A stretch of DNA of 64,000 nt from NCBI GenBank assembly GCA_964016885.1, contig OZ024742.1:116808001-116872000 (forward strand). The letters run 5' to 3'. A program made the position numbers and the translations under genes. Below, one piece after another: positions 44,206 to 59,090 of this stretch. This DNA comes from Eledone cirrhosa. Taxonomy: Eukaryota. The notes beneath the pieces are model-generated. The model worked only from the letters and a program-made list of their open reading frames with translations. It did not search any database and had not been told where the DNA came from. How positions within the stretch are numbered: the first letter of the stretch is position 1; each line of letters opens with the position of its first letter.

Positions 44206-45340
44206 GATTGGCATCCAATTATTTTTTTTTTCTTTCTTCTAACATGTTTATCAGCTTGTAAAATCTGTTCAACAATTCCTTAGAAATTTTAGCCACATAT
44301 CTGTAGTATCGGAGCTGTGATCTCTCAATTCAGAGAAGTAGTGGAACATCAAGATGTGTCAAAAACATGACAAGCTCTTTTGTGTTGGTGACATGATACT
44401 CTACCCAGTATACTCTATAAAGTAGTTGAAGATAGGAGTATGTAGCTGTATAAAACTTGCTAAATAATGCATAGAGAGGACTCTTCAGTTGTATCAAATA
44501 CAAGATGACCTCTCTAGTGCTAGCACCATGATAAAATGTACACCATACTCTGTAGAGTAAGGTTATCTATATATGTGATGTAATCTCAGCCCATCTGAGG
44601 GATCAGTGACACTAGTACTGACATTGTTGGTGATGCCACATTCACTCCTTGCTAGCATGGAAAACGGATGTTAAATGATGGTCATGGTAATGAAGATATA
44701 CACATTCATAAAAAAAAGAAAATATAACATTCTTCTTTGTCTCCATGTTAGATTGCAGTATGTATTATTCTTTTCTGTTTTTCTATTTCTCTCCTTTCTA
44801 TATTTTTTTCTGCTTTGGCTAAGCCCTTGTGCACTGTTTGCTCTCTTCTTTGTCAGTTGATGCACTTGGGATAATTTTTCATCTATATTTACGTAATTCA
44901 CCAAATGGCATAACTTGTTCTGTCTTTGTCTCTACCTTTTGTTATGTCCCAATGTGCTCTGAAAAGAATGGTATCAACCTTAATGCACCAAAGCTGTAGT
45001 GATTTCCAGAAATCGATTGAGGGGATGGAAGTGTCAGTTTTTCTATTGTTTGTGCTGTGCACCGCCCCCCCCCCTCCCTCATTTTGAATTCATATTCTAA
45101 AGACTTAGCCATTCAAGCTTTTTTCAAAAATATATGCATGCATGTGTGTGTGTGTGTGTACACCCTAATATAAAGTGAAGTTCTTAACTGCATCACCAAC
45201 ACATTTAAGAGCAGTGATATATAGCAATATTCTACATAATATATATATATATGTAGAGGTTATATTTAATTTGTTGGGATACAACAAGCTAAATATTTTA
45301 ATAACTGATATATAGCACTCAACAAATTATTGGAGTAAAT

Positions 45341-45577
45341 ATACAATATATTAACAAATGGAAATCATATTTATAAAACCATATTTATTTCTATCCAGGA
45401 GATTCCAACCAGAATTGTTGCATTTTTTAAGGGTATGTCAATATTTATTTATAAAACTAACCTATATTTTATTTTATCTGATGAAAGCGCACCATAGTTT
45501 GCTCTGGTGGCCCTTGAAATATGTATAATGAAATAAATATGGTTTTATAAATATAGTTTCCATTTGTTAATATATTG

Positions 45578-45580
<3 letters not shown>
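45341..45580. repeat. ~51-bp inverted repeat (45341-45391 and 45530-45580) around a hammerhead, inside a TA-flanked insert (about 45253-45580)
   Basis: atacaatatattaacaaatggaaa...tatttatttc versus its reverse complement. Confidence 0.75.
45470..45535 (+). ncRNA. type-I hammerhead ribozyme
   Basis: tattttat CTGATGA aag..cacca/tggtg..ctt GAA atatgtat A atgaaata. Stem I is 8 bp with one G-U pair. Confidence 0.75.
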
Positions 45581-45608
<28 letters not shown>

Positions 45609-46649
45609 CAATTAATTATAGATTTGGTGGTGACTTTCACAATGAAATGGTTTGCTTCATGTTGAGTTTCTGAATATTCTTTAAATCAAATCATGTATGC
45701 ATTATTATATTTAAAGCATTTAATATATTCCATAGATATATTCTTTGAGCATTAAACTCCCTCATACATATACTATAGGTTTGATGCATCTAGTCTTAGC
45801 TTCAATTAAAAAGCTTTTTAATTGCTCATATATGTCTGTGGTTCAAACTTTAAGCAGCAGTCAAATACTGGATTTGATATTATCAGCTATACCCTTCTCC
45901 TAACATGAATCTTCGTGTGTCTAAGTTAAAAATCAATATTATAGCAGCACTTATGTGAATATTCTTTATCAGTGCTACCTTTTCATTATATACTAAACAT
46001 CAGTAGCTATAAGTGAATACATTAGAGGTGGAAAGTTTTACAAGAACAAAGTGAAGAACAAAACATTCAGTGGATATGAAGTGCATGTGAGAAGATACAT
46101 AAACAAATTTTTCAATTAAATTATTAATATCTTAATTTACTTTTCTGATATATAATTTAATATAAATAAAAGTAAATATTAAGCTATGTTAGATTGGTAA
46201 TAGAAGGAAAGTGTATTGTTAAAAATAGAATATTATTTTGATGCATTATCTATATATTATTAAATTTTACTTTAAGATTTTTAATACTTGCTAAGTATAA
46301 TATTGATTTTAATCTTATTTCTATCCTTTTTTGCATTAATTATTTAAAATTTACATATACCACGATAGATTTATTTATTTTAATAGTTTACATTGACTCT
46401 GTGAACTCTTTCATGATTATATCTGTGTTTATAAGATAATGCTGTAGTTTGACTCATTATTCTAATGAGAAATCATCTCATAAATACACATGATTATAAT
46501 TATTGTCTGTTGAGATAGTAGATGTAATTTCATTTATGTGAATTTAAAACAGATGGTTGTCTGGTTAACATGTTCTCTTTCCAGCTTTGTGGTTTCAGTC
46601 TGACTTAGTGGCAACTTCAAAAAGTGCCTTGTAATATGTATAGTCTTGA

Positions 46650-47075
46650 GACTATATATAGTACACCGCCAACATCCCAACACCCCCTCTCTTGATCCAC
46701 CCCTCATCTAATAAGTGCCTCACCCTATATATACCTCTCCAATTCCGAAGTACCTCTCCCACCCCAGTCAAGTCATTAAAGTGGTCGTTTCTGGTGCCAC
46801 AACAAAAAGCGACCTGTCCACACTGTAAAGTGGTCATGACAAAAAGGACTCAGTCAACCCTATAAAGTGGTTGTTTTGGTGCCAGGATAAAAAGCACCCA
46901 GTACACACTTTAATGTGGCTGGCATTAGGAAGGGCATCTAGGCACAGAAACCAAGCCGAAATTGGTCCAGTGTAAGCAAGTCACATTCATCTGCTCTGGC
47001 TTGGCTCACATCTGACAACTCGTCTAATCCATTCTAGCAGGAAAAATGAACATTAAACGGTGATGATGATGATGA
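46650..47075 (+). mobile_element. RTE-type 3' UTR fragment
   Basis: cacactgtaaagtggt subrepeats, ttaggaagggcatc and a (GAT)n tail. Confidence 0.7.
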
Positions 47076-47587
47076 TATATACATATATATTCATTATGTG
47101 TTTTATCATGCTGGCATGGCTCATTAAAGACTGTATCAGTACTTAATCTGAGCAACTGTCCATCTTGATGGACCGAGGGCAATGTCTCACTTGCATACAT
47201 TCATATTTTGGCATGATTTCTACAGCTATGTCAATGTGTACTCATATAAATGGGTCTTGTCAACTGCATGCTAGCATGGAAAAATAGATGTAAAACAATG
47301 ATAATTGTGGTGATAATAATCTATGTACTGTAAAAGTAAAATGATTTTGTGGTTAAACTATTAGATAATCAAGTTATTAAATATATAGTCTCTAAGTCCA
47401 AATCTATGAAAAATGTCTTATTGAGATAACCATTCATTTCAACCATGACCAGTCCATGTTTTTTTGTTTTTTGTTTGGTTTATTTTCATATTATCTATCA
47501 TATATTTCATACATTATTCAATGGAGTAAAATGTGTACTAGCACACTTGAAGTAGTAAGGCAAGAAACTTTCATTAATTAATATTAA

Positions 47588-47781
47588 GGGCGGTGAATTG
47601 GCAGTATCGGTAGAGGGTCGGGCGCCATGCTTTGCAGCAAACAGTTACGGCCCTTTATAGTCTGAGTTCAAATCCCGCCAAGGTTAAATTTGCCTTTCAT
47701 CCTTATGGGGTCGATAAAATAAAATACAAGTAATACACTGGGATAATTGCTGGCCTTGTGCCAAAAGTAGAAACAATTATT
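47588..47781 (+). mobile_element. full-length family A SINE
   Basis: gggcggtgaattggcagtatcgg (A box) ... gagttcaaatccc (B box) ... agaaacaattatt. Confidence 0.88.
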
Positions 47782-48089
47782 TAAATGAATAATTATCATC
47801 ATAAAAAGCAGGAGGACATGTCATCTGAGATGTCCTCCTAGGTAAGCCCTCATTGAAAGAAAAACAATTATCAAAAGTGTTTAAGCCAAAATAATTCTGT
47901 ATTTTTTAAAGTATAAAATATCTAGAATTCCCGCTTTCAATTTTAAGATGGATTAGTTTGATTTAAAAAAACAATCGACAAAAAGCCCACATAGAATGTC
48001 TTTTGTTGACTCATTTCATTGTTTTATGTTGCTTAGCCAAATATTTTATCCTACATAGCTCCCCCTCCCGACCCCACCAAAGATTTATG

Positions 48090-48720
48090 ACATTTGTATT
48101 GCAAGTCATCCTCTACTGTGGCTTCCCTCCACTTGGATTTCTTGGCACTTCTTCACCCAGCAATCATCATCCATATGCATCACATGTCCATACCACCACA
48201 GTCTCCTCTCATGTCATTCTCACACATTAACATTGCATATCCATTGAAGTATGCTTGCTTTCTTTCTCTCCAGCCTTTGCATATCCTCTGTGTTCACTGC
48301 CCATGTCTTACTACTAAGCAGCATCACACCTTGCACTTAGGCATCATACAGCTAGCCCTTCATTCATAGGGAGAAGCCTTTTGTTATCAACAAAGGTAGT
48401 AGCTCTGTAAACTTCTACCATCTTGTCTTTATTCTAGTTTCTATGCTCTTGGAACACCCTCTTCCACTGCTAATAATTGTTTCTACATTTGGCACAAGGT
48501 CAGCAATTTGAAGGGAAGGGAAAGTCGACTAAATCGACCCCAGTGCTAATAATATCACCTAGGTAGCAGAAGCCATCAACCACTTCTATGGATACTTCCT
48601 GGGATTGGAAAAGGAATATATTTAACGTCCATGGAATTGGAGTGGCACTATTGTCATATATGGTTCATCTTACACATTTGTCACCTGGTTGTGCTCATCT
48701 CTCTCAAGTTCTGACTACAG
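48090..48720 (-). mobile_element. old RTE remnant interrupted by a SINE tail (about 48475-48545)
   Basis: Decayed FCYLGD, GGCSKS and WYGHVM on the minus strand. Confidence 0.65.
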
Positions 48721-50782
48721 TTAATTCCTTGCTGAGAGAGAGAGGGTGCGAGTGGGGAGAGAGAGAAAGAGAGAGGTGGAGAGAGAGAAAGGGAGAAGGA
48801 GAGAGAGGGGTGAGAGTGAAAGAGAGAGAGAAAAAGGAAAGTCGGTGAAAGAAAAGAATTGGGCCCAATACAGCACCAGTATTTTATTTATGTATCATGA
48901 AAGAATCTTCTCTGATTCTTTCCCCACTTATTCCTGAGAGAGTCGTGGGGTCAGATTCCTTAAAAACTCCTTCCAGTGGTCCTGTCAGAAGTAGCCATTT
49001 CCAACTGATCTGGCTGGATCCTCAAACAAGACTAGCCAAACTCATGGATGTTATCTAACCATCTTGCTCGGGTTCTACTCCTGTGTCTCCTGCCGGTTGG
49101 TTTTTGCCTGTAAAATCTGTCCAGTGATTCATGGAAGAATGAAAGGCAAATTTGGCCCCAGTGGAACTTGAACTCAGAGTGTAGAGAGGTGGAATGAATA
49201 ATACAAAGCATTCTATCTGAAGTCCAAATGACTGTAAATTCACCACCTATCATATATTGTATATATATATATTGTGTTTATTTCTTTTAACTGCTTAATT
49301 ATTTCCTATTAGATTTTTACTGGTCATTGCCATAACTATCTAATACTAACTTCTAACTAAATAGTACATAGTCTCTTACGACTGTAATATCAAAATGTGT
49401 GTTGATTTATTAATCTATATCAAGTGAACAGTGAATTGTATGAAATGTTTTATAAAAGCTGATTGTCAAATGAAATAGGTATATGAAATTTTTATGTGTA
49501 AACACATTCAATGTGGCAATAAATAGACATTCAATGTAATATTTATTTATTTGTGTCTCTAATGGTTTTTGAAAATCTACTATAAATTTTTGCTGACAGA
49601 TATACTTTTAGACTTTATTTTCCTATCCATATTCCTTAGTATCTATATCACTTCTTTTCTCTCTGGTAATATACTTACTGCTACAGGTGTTGATCTGGCT
49701 GCTACTATTGTGACTGTTGCTGCTGATGCTATAGTGTTGTAGATGTTGCATTAAATTTTCTAATTTGTAGATAAAAATTTTGCTTTACGACTATGTAGTC
49801 ATGGGTTCTATCCTACTGTGTAGTAACTTGGGCAAGTAGCTTCTGCTATAACCTTAGATCAATCAATGTGAGGGAAGTCCATAACTAGAAACTGTAAGGA
49901 AGCTTGTTAAGTATACATGCATACATGCATACTTATTTATGTATATACATATAAACTCACCCATATATATGTGCATATGTGCCACTGTTTATGTTTGTCT
50001 CTTTTCTTTACATTTAACATTGCAAATAGTGAAACTTGTTTACAAGCCACATAAACAGAAATCCCACTTCCCAACAGTTAGATCTATACTTTATTTTTTT
50101 TTAAATTGTCAGCATTTTGAGGGCTCCCAGCCCGAGAGTTCTGCCCCAGAACCTTATCATGGGAAATGGATGTAAGACTGATGATGATGTCAATGACAGT
50201 GATGATGAAGAGGAGGATAATAAGAGTTATAATTTATTTTTCTTTTAGTTTTTATTTATTCTTGTTTTTGTGATGCTCATCTGTTCATGCATATCTCTTA
50301 CCAGCCTAATTTGTATTTGATTCCATTGTAATGATTTAGAATGAAAACGAATATTAGCATTGTAGATAATGATGTTAAGTCTTATTGTAATAATAATGTA
50401 TGAAAGCTCTTCAAACCAGACAGAAATGATGATGGTGATACTGCAATATTACATAAAACAATGTTTTCCATCTATAATTACTGTGATAGAAAATCATTGG
50501 AAGAAATCAATGAATGGACATGAGAATGGACATGGGGGAGTATGACTAAAGTCAGACATTAGACATTTCATGATGATAATTAGCAGATGTTGTTAAATAA
50601 ATGTTATAGTAATTTGATTGTAGTACCAATCACTAGTTTATTATAAAATAAACATGCCAAGTAAAGCAGAGTATTAAAGATGTACAAAATGATCATAGTG
50701 CTTTGAAAGAAAACAGCAGAGAACTGGATATGACAGATAACAATTGTCATATAATTCTGACCATTATTAGTGTTAAATGAGT

Positions 50783-50985
50783 GTGGTAAATTGGCAACAT
50801 TGTTGGGATGCTAGATAAAATGCCATTCCAGTATTTGTTCCAACACTTTACATTCTGAGTTCAAATCCCACCAAGATCAAATTTAACTTGATCAATAAAA
50901 TTAAGTACCAGTCAAGTACTGGGATTAATTTAATCAACTTTACCTTCTTCCAAAATGACTGGCCTTGTGCCTAGAGTAGATATTA
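50783..50985 (+). mobile_element. older family A SINE
   Basis: ctgagttcaaatccc and ctggccttgtgcctagagtaga. Confidence 0.7.
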
Positions 50986-51843
50986 TCAGTATCAAGTGTC
51001 TATACATCTGAATTGCTAATAAAATATTTATTCATTTCAAGCAGGGAAAAGCGGACGTAAAATGATGATGATGATATCATCATAATCACCATTGTCAACA
51101 TCATCATCCATATCGTTAACATCATTATTGTCCTCATCATTGTACATTTGCTTTTCATGTTGGTATGAGGTGGACAGGTCATTACAGTCTAAGTCAATTA
51201 TTGATAAGAGTTACAGCCTTCCTAGATAGGTCTGAACACACCTTGCTCGTTATTCCACTTTGGCGTAGTTTCTATGGCTGGGTTTCTTTCCTAACCCTAA
51301 ATTGCTAACCACTTTTTAGGGTGTAATGGGTGCATTTTATTAAAACACTATCAATAAAGAGATATCATGTCCTTGGCAAGGCTAAAGAATCCTCTCTACT
51401 CAACATGGTCTCTGAATGCTAACTACTGTACAAAGTGTACTGGGATGCATTTTATCATAGCACTAGCATGAGAGAAGATGACTTGTTCTTTGAAGTCTAA
51501 AGTGTCATCTTCCCTCTACATAGTTTCCATTCTTTCAAGGCAAATGTGACATTGAAAGTATGATTAGAAGGGAAATGATTGCCAAAAGGATGTAAGAGAA
51601 GAGAAGTTTCTTCTTCATGGATATAGACCATTATTCCTAAACAAAGAGTAATAATGCTGCTATTGTATCTGAATGGTTCTTAGAATCTTGTCTGGTGTTA
51701 TACACATATTGGGAAATAAGGCAACTGATGATGATTGGACACAAAATAAATGAATCATAGGACATATGTTAATATGAAGAAATTGTTTTCATCTCTGAAT
51801 ATAAAGTCACAAGTGTGAAATAAGATGAACACCAATGAATGTA

Positions 51844-52440
51844 GTGTTGTTTAGTTCACCATTTCTTTGGTGTTGTTTAGTACACCAATCGCTTTAGTGT
51901 TGTTTAGTACACCAATCTCATTGGTGTTGTTTAGTACACCATTTCTTTGCTGTTGTTTAGTACACCAATCGCTTTAGTGTTTAGTACACCAATCTTATTG
52001 GTGTTGTTTAGTACACCATTTCTTTGGTGTTGTTTAGTACACCAATATCATTGGTGTTGTTTAGTACACCATTTCTTTGCTGTTGTTTAGTACACCAATC
52101 GCTTTAGTGTTGTTTAGTACACCAATCTCATTGGTGTTGTTTACTACAACATTTCTTTTGTATTATTTAGTACACCATTTCTTTGGTATTGCTAAGTACA
52201 CCATCTCCTTGGTGTTGCTAAGTACACCATCTCTTTGGTATTGTTTAGTATATATCTTTGGTGTTGTTTAGTACATGATATATTTGATGTCTATAGTATT
52301 TCTTCTATTTAGTGTTGATCATTACATCATCTATTTGGTGTTGTCTTGTACAACATCTGTTTGGTGTTGTCAATACACCATCTCTTTGGTGTTATCTAGT
52401 AATATAATGTCTTTAGTGTTGTCTAATTCACAGATCTCTT
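51844..52440. repeat. 26-27-bp minisatellite (core GTGTTGTTTAGTACACCA), about 20 units, decaying rightwards
   Basis: Three recurring unit variants (tttctttg, atcgcttta, atctcattg). Confidence 0.9.
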
Positions 52441-55140
52441 TGACATAAGAATGTGGAGTTTCTTTGTGCATGATCAATACTTCTGAGCTGATAAATAAGT
52501 AGTTAACAGAAGAGAGGACTGTGTGATGTATAAAGATGGAATAGGATATTTTGAAGATTAGGATTTCCAGAAAACATAAGAGAAAATTGGTGCTAATGTC
52601 TAAAGTATGGATTATTGCCATATAGCAGCTTCATAAAATAATCCTTAAGGCATTGCTGATGAAATATAACATAGCTGCATAGATTCATTGTATTGTTCCT
52701 ACGCAGAATAACTAAATGCCATCATCAGATAGTTATCCTAAGTTAATATACAGTAGTAGGCCAAAACAAATTAATTGAAAATTAAATAAAAGCATACAGT
52801 TAGCAGGGATTCTGATGCTTTTGACAAGTTGAGACATGTTTCAGTATATTCGTATCAGATATAAAAATGTTGAGTCAATGAAGATTGACAATCACAAAAA
52901 CCATAAAAGGATGGTTGGAGTAAATTACCAATGACTGCCTTCTGCATGGAGAACATAGTTATGTAGGATCTAATATACTTAATGTAGTGATTATCAAAAT
53001 GTTAATTAAAATTACAGCTAATGATAGGAAAAATAATCACAAGCCTTAAGGATTAATTCTGGTCAAGAACTGCAGGGAAGACAACTTCAGAATTCAAACT
53101 GATATGTATATCTATCTGTCACAAGACAGAACTTATCTTGGTTTCAGTGGAATTAAATGACTAAGAATACAAAACTTCCTGCTGTACATGACCAGTTCAT
53201 TATGGGGTAAACTCCCACACCCATTACTGCCTGCTGCTATTCATTTTCAGCAAAGTTGACTACTAGAACATCATGAAACTGAGCGTTTTGCTCAAGAAAA
53301 CAATGCACCACCAGTTCAGGAATCGAACCCACAATATTACAATCAGTACTCTAACACTAGGTCTAACAATTTGTAAAAAATTACAGGACTTCAATTATTG
53401 ACTATCTCATAGTATCCAGATTCACCTCTTCATCTGAGTGTATATCTTTGTCTCATTAAGGTGTTGATTAAAGTATCATCTCTTTGTAATCTGAGTTCAA
53501 ACCCTTCTACAGTCAACATTGCCCTTCATTCTCTAAGGGTTAATGAATAAAATATCAGGTTAGGATGTTGGATTCAAATCATTTAAGAATCACTCAGGTA
53601 TGATAAATTGTGATATATTTTAGTCATACACATTTTTAGTTCACCTGCAGTGTCATTAGTGCCAGTCAGGGCTAGAGTTAGAACTTTGGGAGCCCAGGGC
53701 ACTTCAGGTTTAGGAGGCCCCTCATACACAAAAAATTAAGATACCCAATAAACCCCATATTTATATTTTAAAGTTGGCTTGGTGCATGTCATTGCAATTG
53801 TCAAATTATACATACAGGTGATGTTAAATGTAAAAATCTGACCACCAATTCAACAGTGGCTAGGTAAGACCATATCATAAATCCTATTGATAACATTAAC
53901 TTCTAGGTTATTTGTAGATTATGGCATGCTGTCCATCTCTGAGTTTTCTTATACAAAGGAAATTATTTATTTTTCAAATACAAAATATTTTCAATAAATT
54001 TACCGAATTTCCAGGTTAGATTTACATTTAAATAATTCAGTAAACACGAGATAAATACTAAAATTTACAAATAATCAATTATACAAATGTATTTTAATCT
54101 TTTTTAAAGTTTATTTCAAACTGTCATTTACATTGGATTTTAAAATATATGTTGCTGATTTTGCTTTTTGATGTATTTGAAAGGTCACTGATTTTTGTCT
54201 TGTATATAAAACAGTTTGAATTGTTCTGCTTAATAGAAGCTCTGAAAATAGAATGCCCAAATGTTATTTCTAGATTGCTTTTAAAAGAGAAAAAAAAATT
54301 ATCAACATATTTCTCTGAGATAACCAGCCAGAATAAAATTAACATTGCATCTAGAGCATTGGGCAAAATATCTACTGTTTTTTTTTGTTGTTGTTTTTTT
54401 TTTTTGTCACTGCTCTTTGAGATAAAACACTACTGAGGTCAATTTTGTATGTTATTCTTTCAGGATTGATAAAATAAAGTACTAGTCTAGGTCAGTGGAT
54501 TAGGGGAATTATTTTAGTACTGAGTTTAAATCCATCTATTGCTTAATTGAGTGCTAGATGTAATCCTTCACCTGGTTTAAAACCACTACATGACCTTTAG
54601 GGACCTTTAATGGAGTTCCCCCTTCTGTAAGCATTCAAGACAGGTCACCAGTGTTTCAGAATACCTTCCTTACTCCCTCCCTTCCAATTTCAGAGTCTCT
54701 GACTATACAGTAAGATACACATTATTTTACGATGTTCCAGTCCAGTCAAATGGAAACAAAAATGAGTACTAGCAGTAGATGGTGGTTAAGACTACAATGA
54801 ACTGATGTAACCAGAGACATTTACCAATAAAGACACTAGGGTAAAATCTATCTGATGAGCATTTGGGCTTGAGACAGATTTTTACATTTTTTCATTTTAT
54901 AATATTACAAATATTATCTATAACTTCTTGCAGTAAACTCTTTTATATTACAGAAGTTTTCAACAGTTTTTCCTCTCTCACAATTCGATTTTTTAATCAA
55001 TAGAAATCTTTTCAATCAATCAATCAAACTGATTTTTTATTCTTTTTTTTCTTTATTGCATGAAATAAAAGCCATATAAGGAAGTAAACTATAGTTTTGG
55101 AGTACTATATACCCAGACTGAATATTTATCTATACATTTA

Positions 55141-55184
<44 letters not shown>

Positions 55185-56570
55185 TCTTTTTGCTATCATT
55201 TTACTTTTTCACATGTGGTTTGTGACTTCGACCTTATACATTCATGTATGCATATATATATATAATCATTTAAGTGTACAATACCTACATTTATATATTC
55301 ATTCAAGATATATAATACTAGTATATAATACATATATTTTTTTCAATTTATAAAATACCAAAGTGTTTTTATTGTTGAATTCATTGAATTGACAATCTAA
55401 TGTCTAGAAGCACTAAAGAATTTCTTTTTAGAAGTTTAAATATAAAAACTAAAGTTGTTTTCAGCTTGGCAAAAACTTCACAAATACATAAATCTTACTT
55501 CATTGTGTTTACTGAACTGTGAAAAAAGATTTGCTATGTTAAGTGTCATATCAAATAAGAACTGCTTACAATCACAATATAAGAAAAAAACAAGACACCA
55601 TTCCATATAACATTTCTATAATTTGCTTCTCTTAAATCAACAAAAATGTTTTAGTTATTGAGTGCCAACTTAAAAAATGCTGAATATTTCAAATCCTGAT
55701 AGATTTTGACATTTTCTCAAAACTATGGATTTATAGGTGTGCTTGTATATGTGTTTGTAAGATGATATACATGCATTAAGTTGTGTGTGCATATATCTGC
55801 ATGTAACCATGTGTGTGCATTTATATGTGTGTGTTTGTGTATATATTGTTTCTATGTGTATGTACCTGTATGATTGTACAGACATCTGTATATGATAATA
55901 TACACACATTTAGATACATGTGTGTGATCATGTATCTGTGTTGTTTGAATGTGTGTGAGGAAATAGATACATCTGACTGTGTGTGTATGTCTTGTGTGTG
56001 TATGTGTTTGTGTTGTATGAGTATATGTGATGATATAACATTTAGGCTTGTGTATGTTTTTCTCTGTGTTTGTGTGATTATACAAATATTTTAGGTATGT
56101 GTTTATCAATGTCAGTGTTTGTGTAACGGTGAATGTGCATGTGATAATATACACCCGTTTCGGTATGTGAGTGTGTATATACTTTTCTGATACATACATG
56201 TGTTAGGGTGTGTGATAGTGTGTGTGTGTATGAGTGAGCATCTCAATTCAATGCATCAAAATGCATATAAATGAAACACTATCTTATAAATATACATTTT
56301 TTTAGCCAGATACATGAGAATATGAAACATGCCATGAAATATTAATATTGAAATATTGGTTCATATACTCACACCTATATACATATATGCACATACACAC
56401 ATACATATATGTGTGTATACAAAAGTATATAACAGCATAATTTAGAAAACTATGAGAGTGATATTAAAAGCAAAAATTCCCATTGAAAGTTTACTTGATA
56501 TGAGTTGATTGGTGTTATTATTGTTATTTATTTCTTTATCATCATCGTCATCATCATCATCATCATCGTG

Positions 56571-56664
56571 AACTTTGACTTTTGATAAGATAAAATGCCA
56601 GTCAAGTATCGGGGTTGATTCAAGCTTCACTCCCACCCATAAAAAATTGTAGCTTTTGTGCCTA

Positions 56665-56703
<39 letters not shown>

Positions 56704-57415
56704 GGCGGTGGATTGCTAGAATCGGTAGAGTGTCGGACAAAAGGCTTTGCAGTGTTTAGTTATGGCCCTTTACATTCTGAGTTCAAATCCTCCTGAGATT
56801 AGCTTTGCCTTTCATCCTTACAGGATCGATAAAACAAGTACCAATAATGCACTAGGGACAATTTATTCAACTTTGTGTTGTGGTTGTGTTTAAATCAGAA
56901 CCTATTATTATTATTATTATTGACCCCAGAGGTGGATTGGCAGTATCGGTAGAGAGTCGGACACCATGCTTTGAAGCATAGAGTTACGTCCCTTTATGAT
57001 CTGAGTTCAAATCCCGTCGAGGTTAACTTTGCCTTTCATCCTTACAGGGTACTTAAAATAAAATACCAGTAATACACTGGATAATTGCTGGCCTTGTGCC
57101 AAAAGTAGAAACAATTATTATTGACCCCAGAGGAATGAAAGCCAATGTTGACCTTGGCAGAATTTGAAATCAGAATGTTAAAAGCTGGTATATATATTGC
57201 CAATCAGTATTATTAGAGCGTTAGACAAAATATTTTGCTGTATTTAGTTATGACTTTCTACGTACTGAGTTCAAATGCCACTGATGTCAACTTTGCCTTA
57301 TATTTTTCCAGGGGCAATAAAAGAAAGAACCAGTTAAGTACTGGAATTGATTTAATCGACTTTCCCCTCTCCCAAAATTGTTGATCTTGTGCCTAAATCA
57401 GAAACCATTATTATT
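56571..57415. mobile_element. cluster of nested family A SINEs; the copy at 56933-57113 has a 20-bp TSD
   Basis: attattattgaccccagagg at 56913-56932 and 57114-57133; at least five SINE pieces. Confidence 0.8.
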
Positions 57416-57859
57416 AATTGTGTACTGAAGACTTGAGCCTCATTCATGACAATGACATATGTTAGTTCATCTTGACATGTTTGTCAATTCAATAGATGGA
57501 AACTGCACAGAAACATCATCTCATAAACTGGATTTGTTATAAGTTAGTTGATTTAAGCCATTGCCCAATTTAACGCCATCATGTGGACAGCTATAACAAA
57601 TAAAACAATAAATAAATAAATCAACTGCATTACAAGCATTCAAAATTCAAAATCTTCTCTTTCTTCCACCTTTTTTGCCAGGCCTTGCCAAGTATTGTAG
57701 CCTTTGTGCCTATATTATTATAATTATTATCATCACCATCATCTTCAGAAGAATGAAAGTCAAATTTGACCTCAGCAGGCCTCTTGATGTTGCTTCCTAC
57801 TATAATAAACACAACTTACTCAGCCCTTCCTTTATCATCATTGTACATTAAAATCATGA

Positions 57860-58445
57860 TTTCTAACATAAACGAGAGCAAAACTAGGCATAAGAGGAAT
57901 AAAATGCTGTGTGCAGGAGAGGAGATCTCTGGGGTTATGCAGTAATACAGAAGGCCTGACTTCTCACAGGCACGGGCCGAAACTGAAGCATGTATAGAGT
58001 ATGCACCACAACCCCCCACAACCCCCCATATATCTCCCATGAAGAGAGGCTGAAGTTTACGTCCAGTAAAGCAGTCATGATGGTGACATGGCAAAACGCG
58101 TCCAGCCCACACTGTAAAGTGGTCATGTATAGCAAAAGCGGTTGGCCCACACTGTAAAGTGGTAATATAGGCATCATGACAAAAAGCCTCCATTCCACAC
58201 AGTAAAGTGGTCATGCTGGTGACACCTCAAAAAGCACCCAGTCCATATTGTAAAGTGGTCTTGTTGGTGACATGACAAAAAGCACCCAGTACTCACTGTG
58301 AGGTTGGCATTAGGAAGGGCATCCAGCTGTAGAAATATGCCAAAATCAGTTCTGTATGTGTGATACATGGTTACCTGACCTAGAATTTCACACAACAGGA
58401 CAACTTGTCTAACCCATGCTACCATGGAAAAATTGACATAAAATA
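57860..58445 (+). mobile_element. RTE-type 3' fragment
   Basis: Similar to 9735-10340 with an internal deletion. Confidence 0.7.
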
Positions 58446-59002
58446 CATAGGAAACCAAACAAGATATTGTAGAGGTTTTGTATTGAATAAAAAAGGAAGT
58501 TTAGGTCATAATATATAGAACAATGACAATAATAATAGTTTCTCAATTATGCCTAAGGTAAATTTGACTTCCGTATGATTTGAACTTAGAACATAAAGAG
58601 CTGGAATAAATGCTACAACACACTTTGTCCACCTCCCTAACTATTCTACCAAACCATGAACAAAAACTTGAAGCTGAGAATAGCTTTTTGTCATTAAATG
58701 AAAATATGCCACTTTGATTTTGGTCAAGTGCTTATTTTTATAATTTCATTTATTTCTCATGCTGCTAGTTGAATTCCAGCTAATGGATTCTATAGGTCCG
58801 TCTCTATTAATCTTGATATATGCTACAATTCTCTTTTATCAATGTCACACAATATTTTTTTCCTAGTCTACAATTTTCTTTTCAGCTAAATTCCTGTTTC
58901 TCTTCATTCATTGAAATGTTGGTTTCTACATTAACTGTTCCTCAAGCCACTATGTCATTGCTTCCTTTTGGCTCACACAAACTTTCTCCACCATTCACAT
59001 TC

Positions 59003-59087
<85 letters not shown>

Positions 59088-59090
<3 letters not shown>

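Noticed and set aside
51844-52440. CRISPR-like repeat array
   Set aside because: Linkers are only about 8-9 nt and recur, there are no cas genes and the context is eukaryotic; it is a minisatellite.
54843-54885. CTGATGAgc...gcttGAGAC hammerhead-like motif
   Set aside because: GAAA is absent and stem III and the NUH site cannot be formed.
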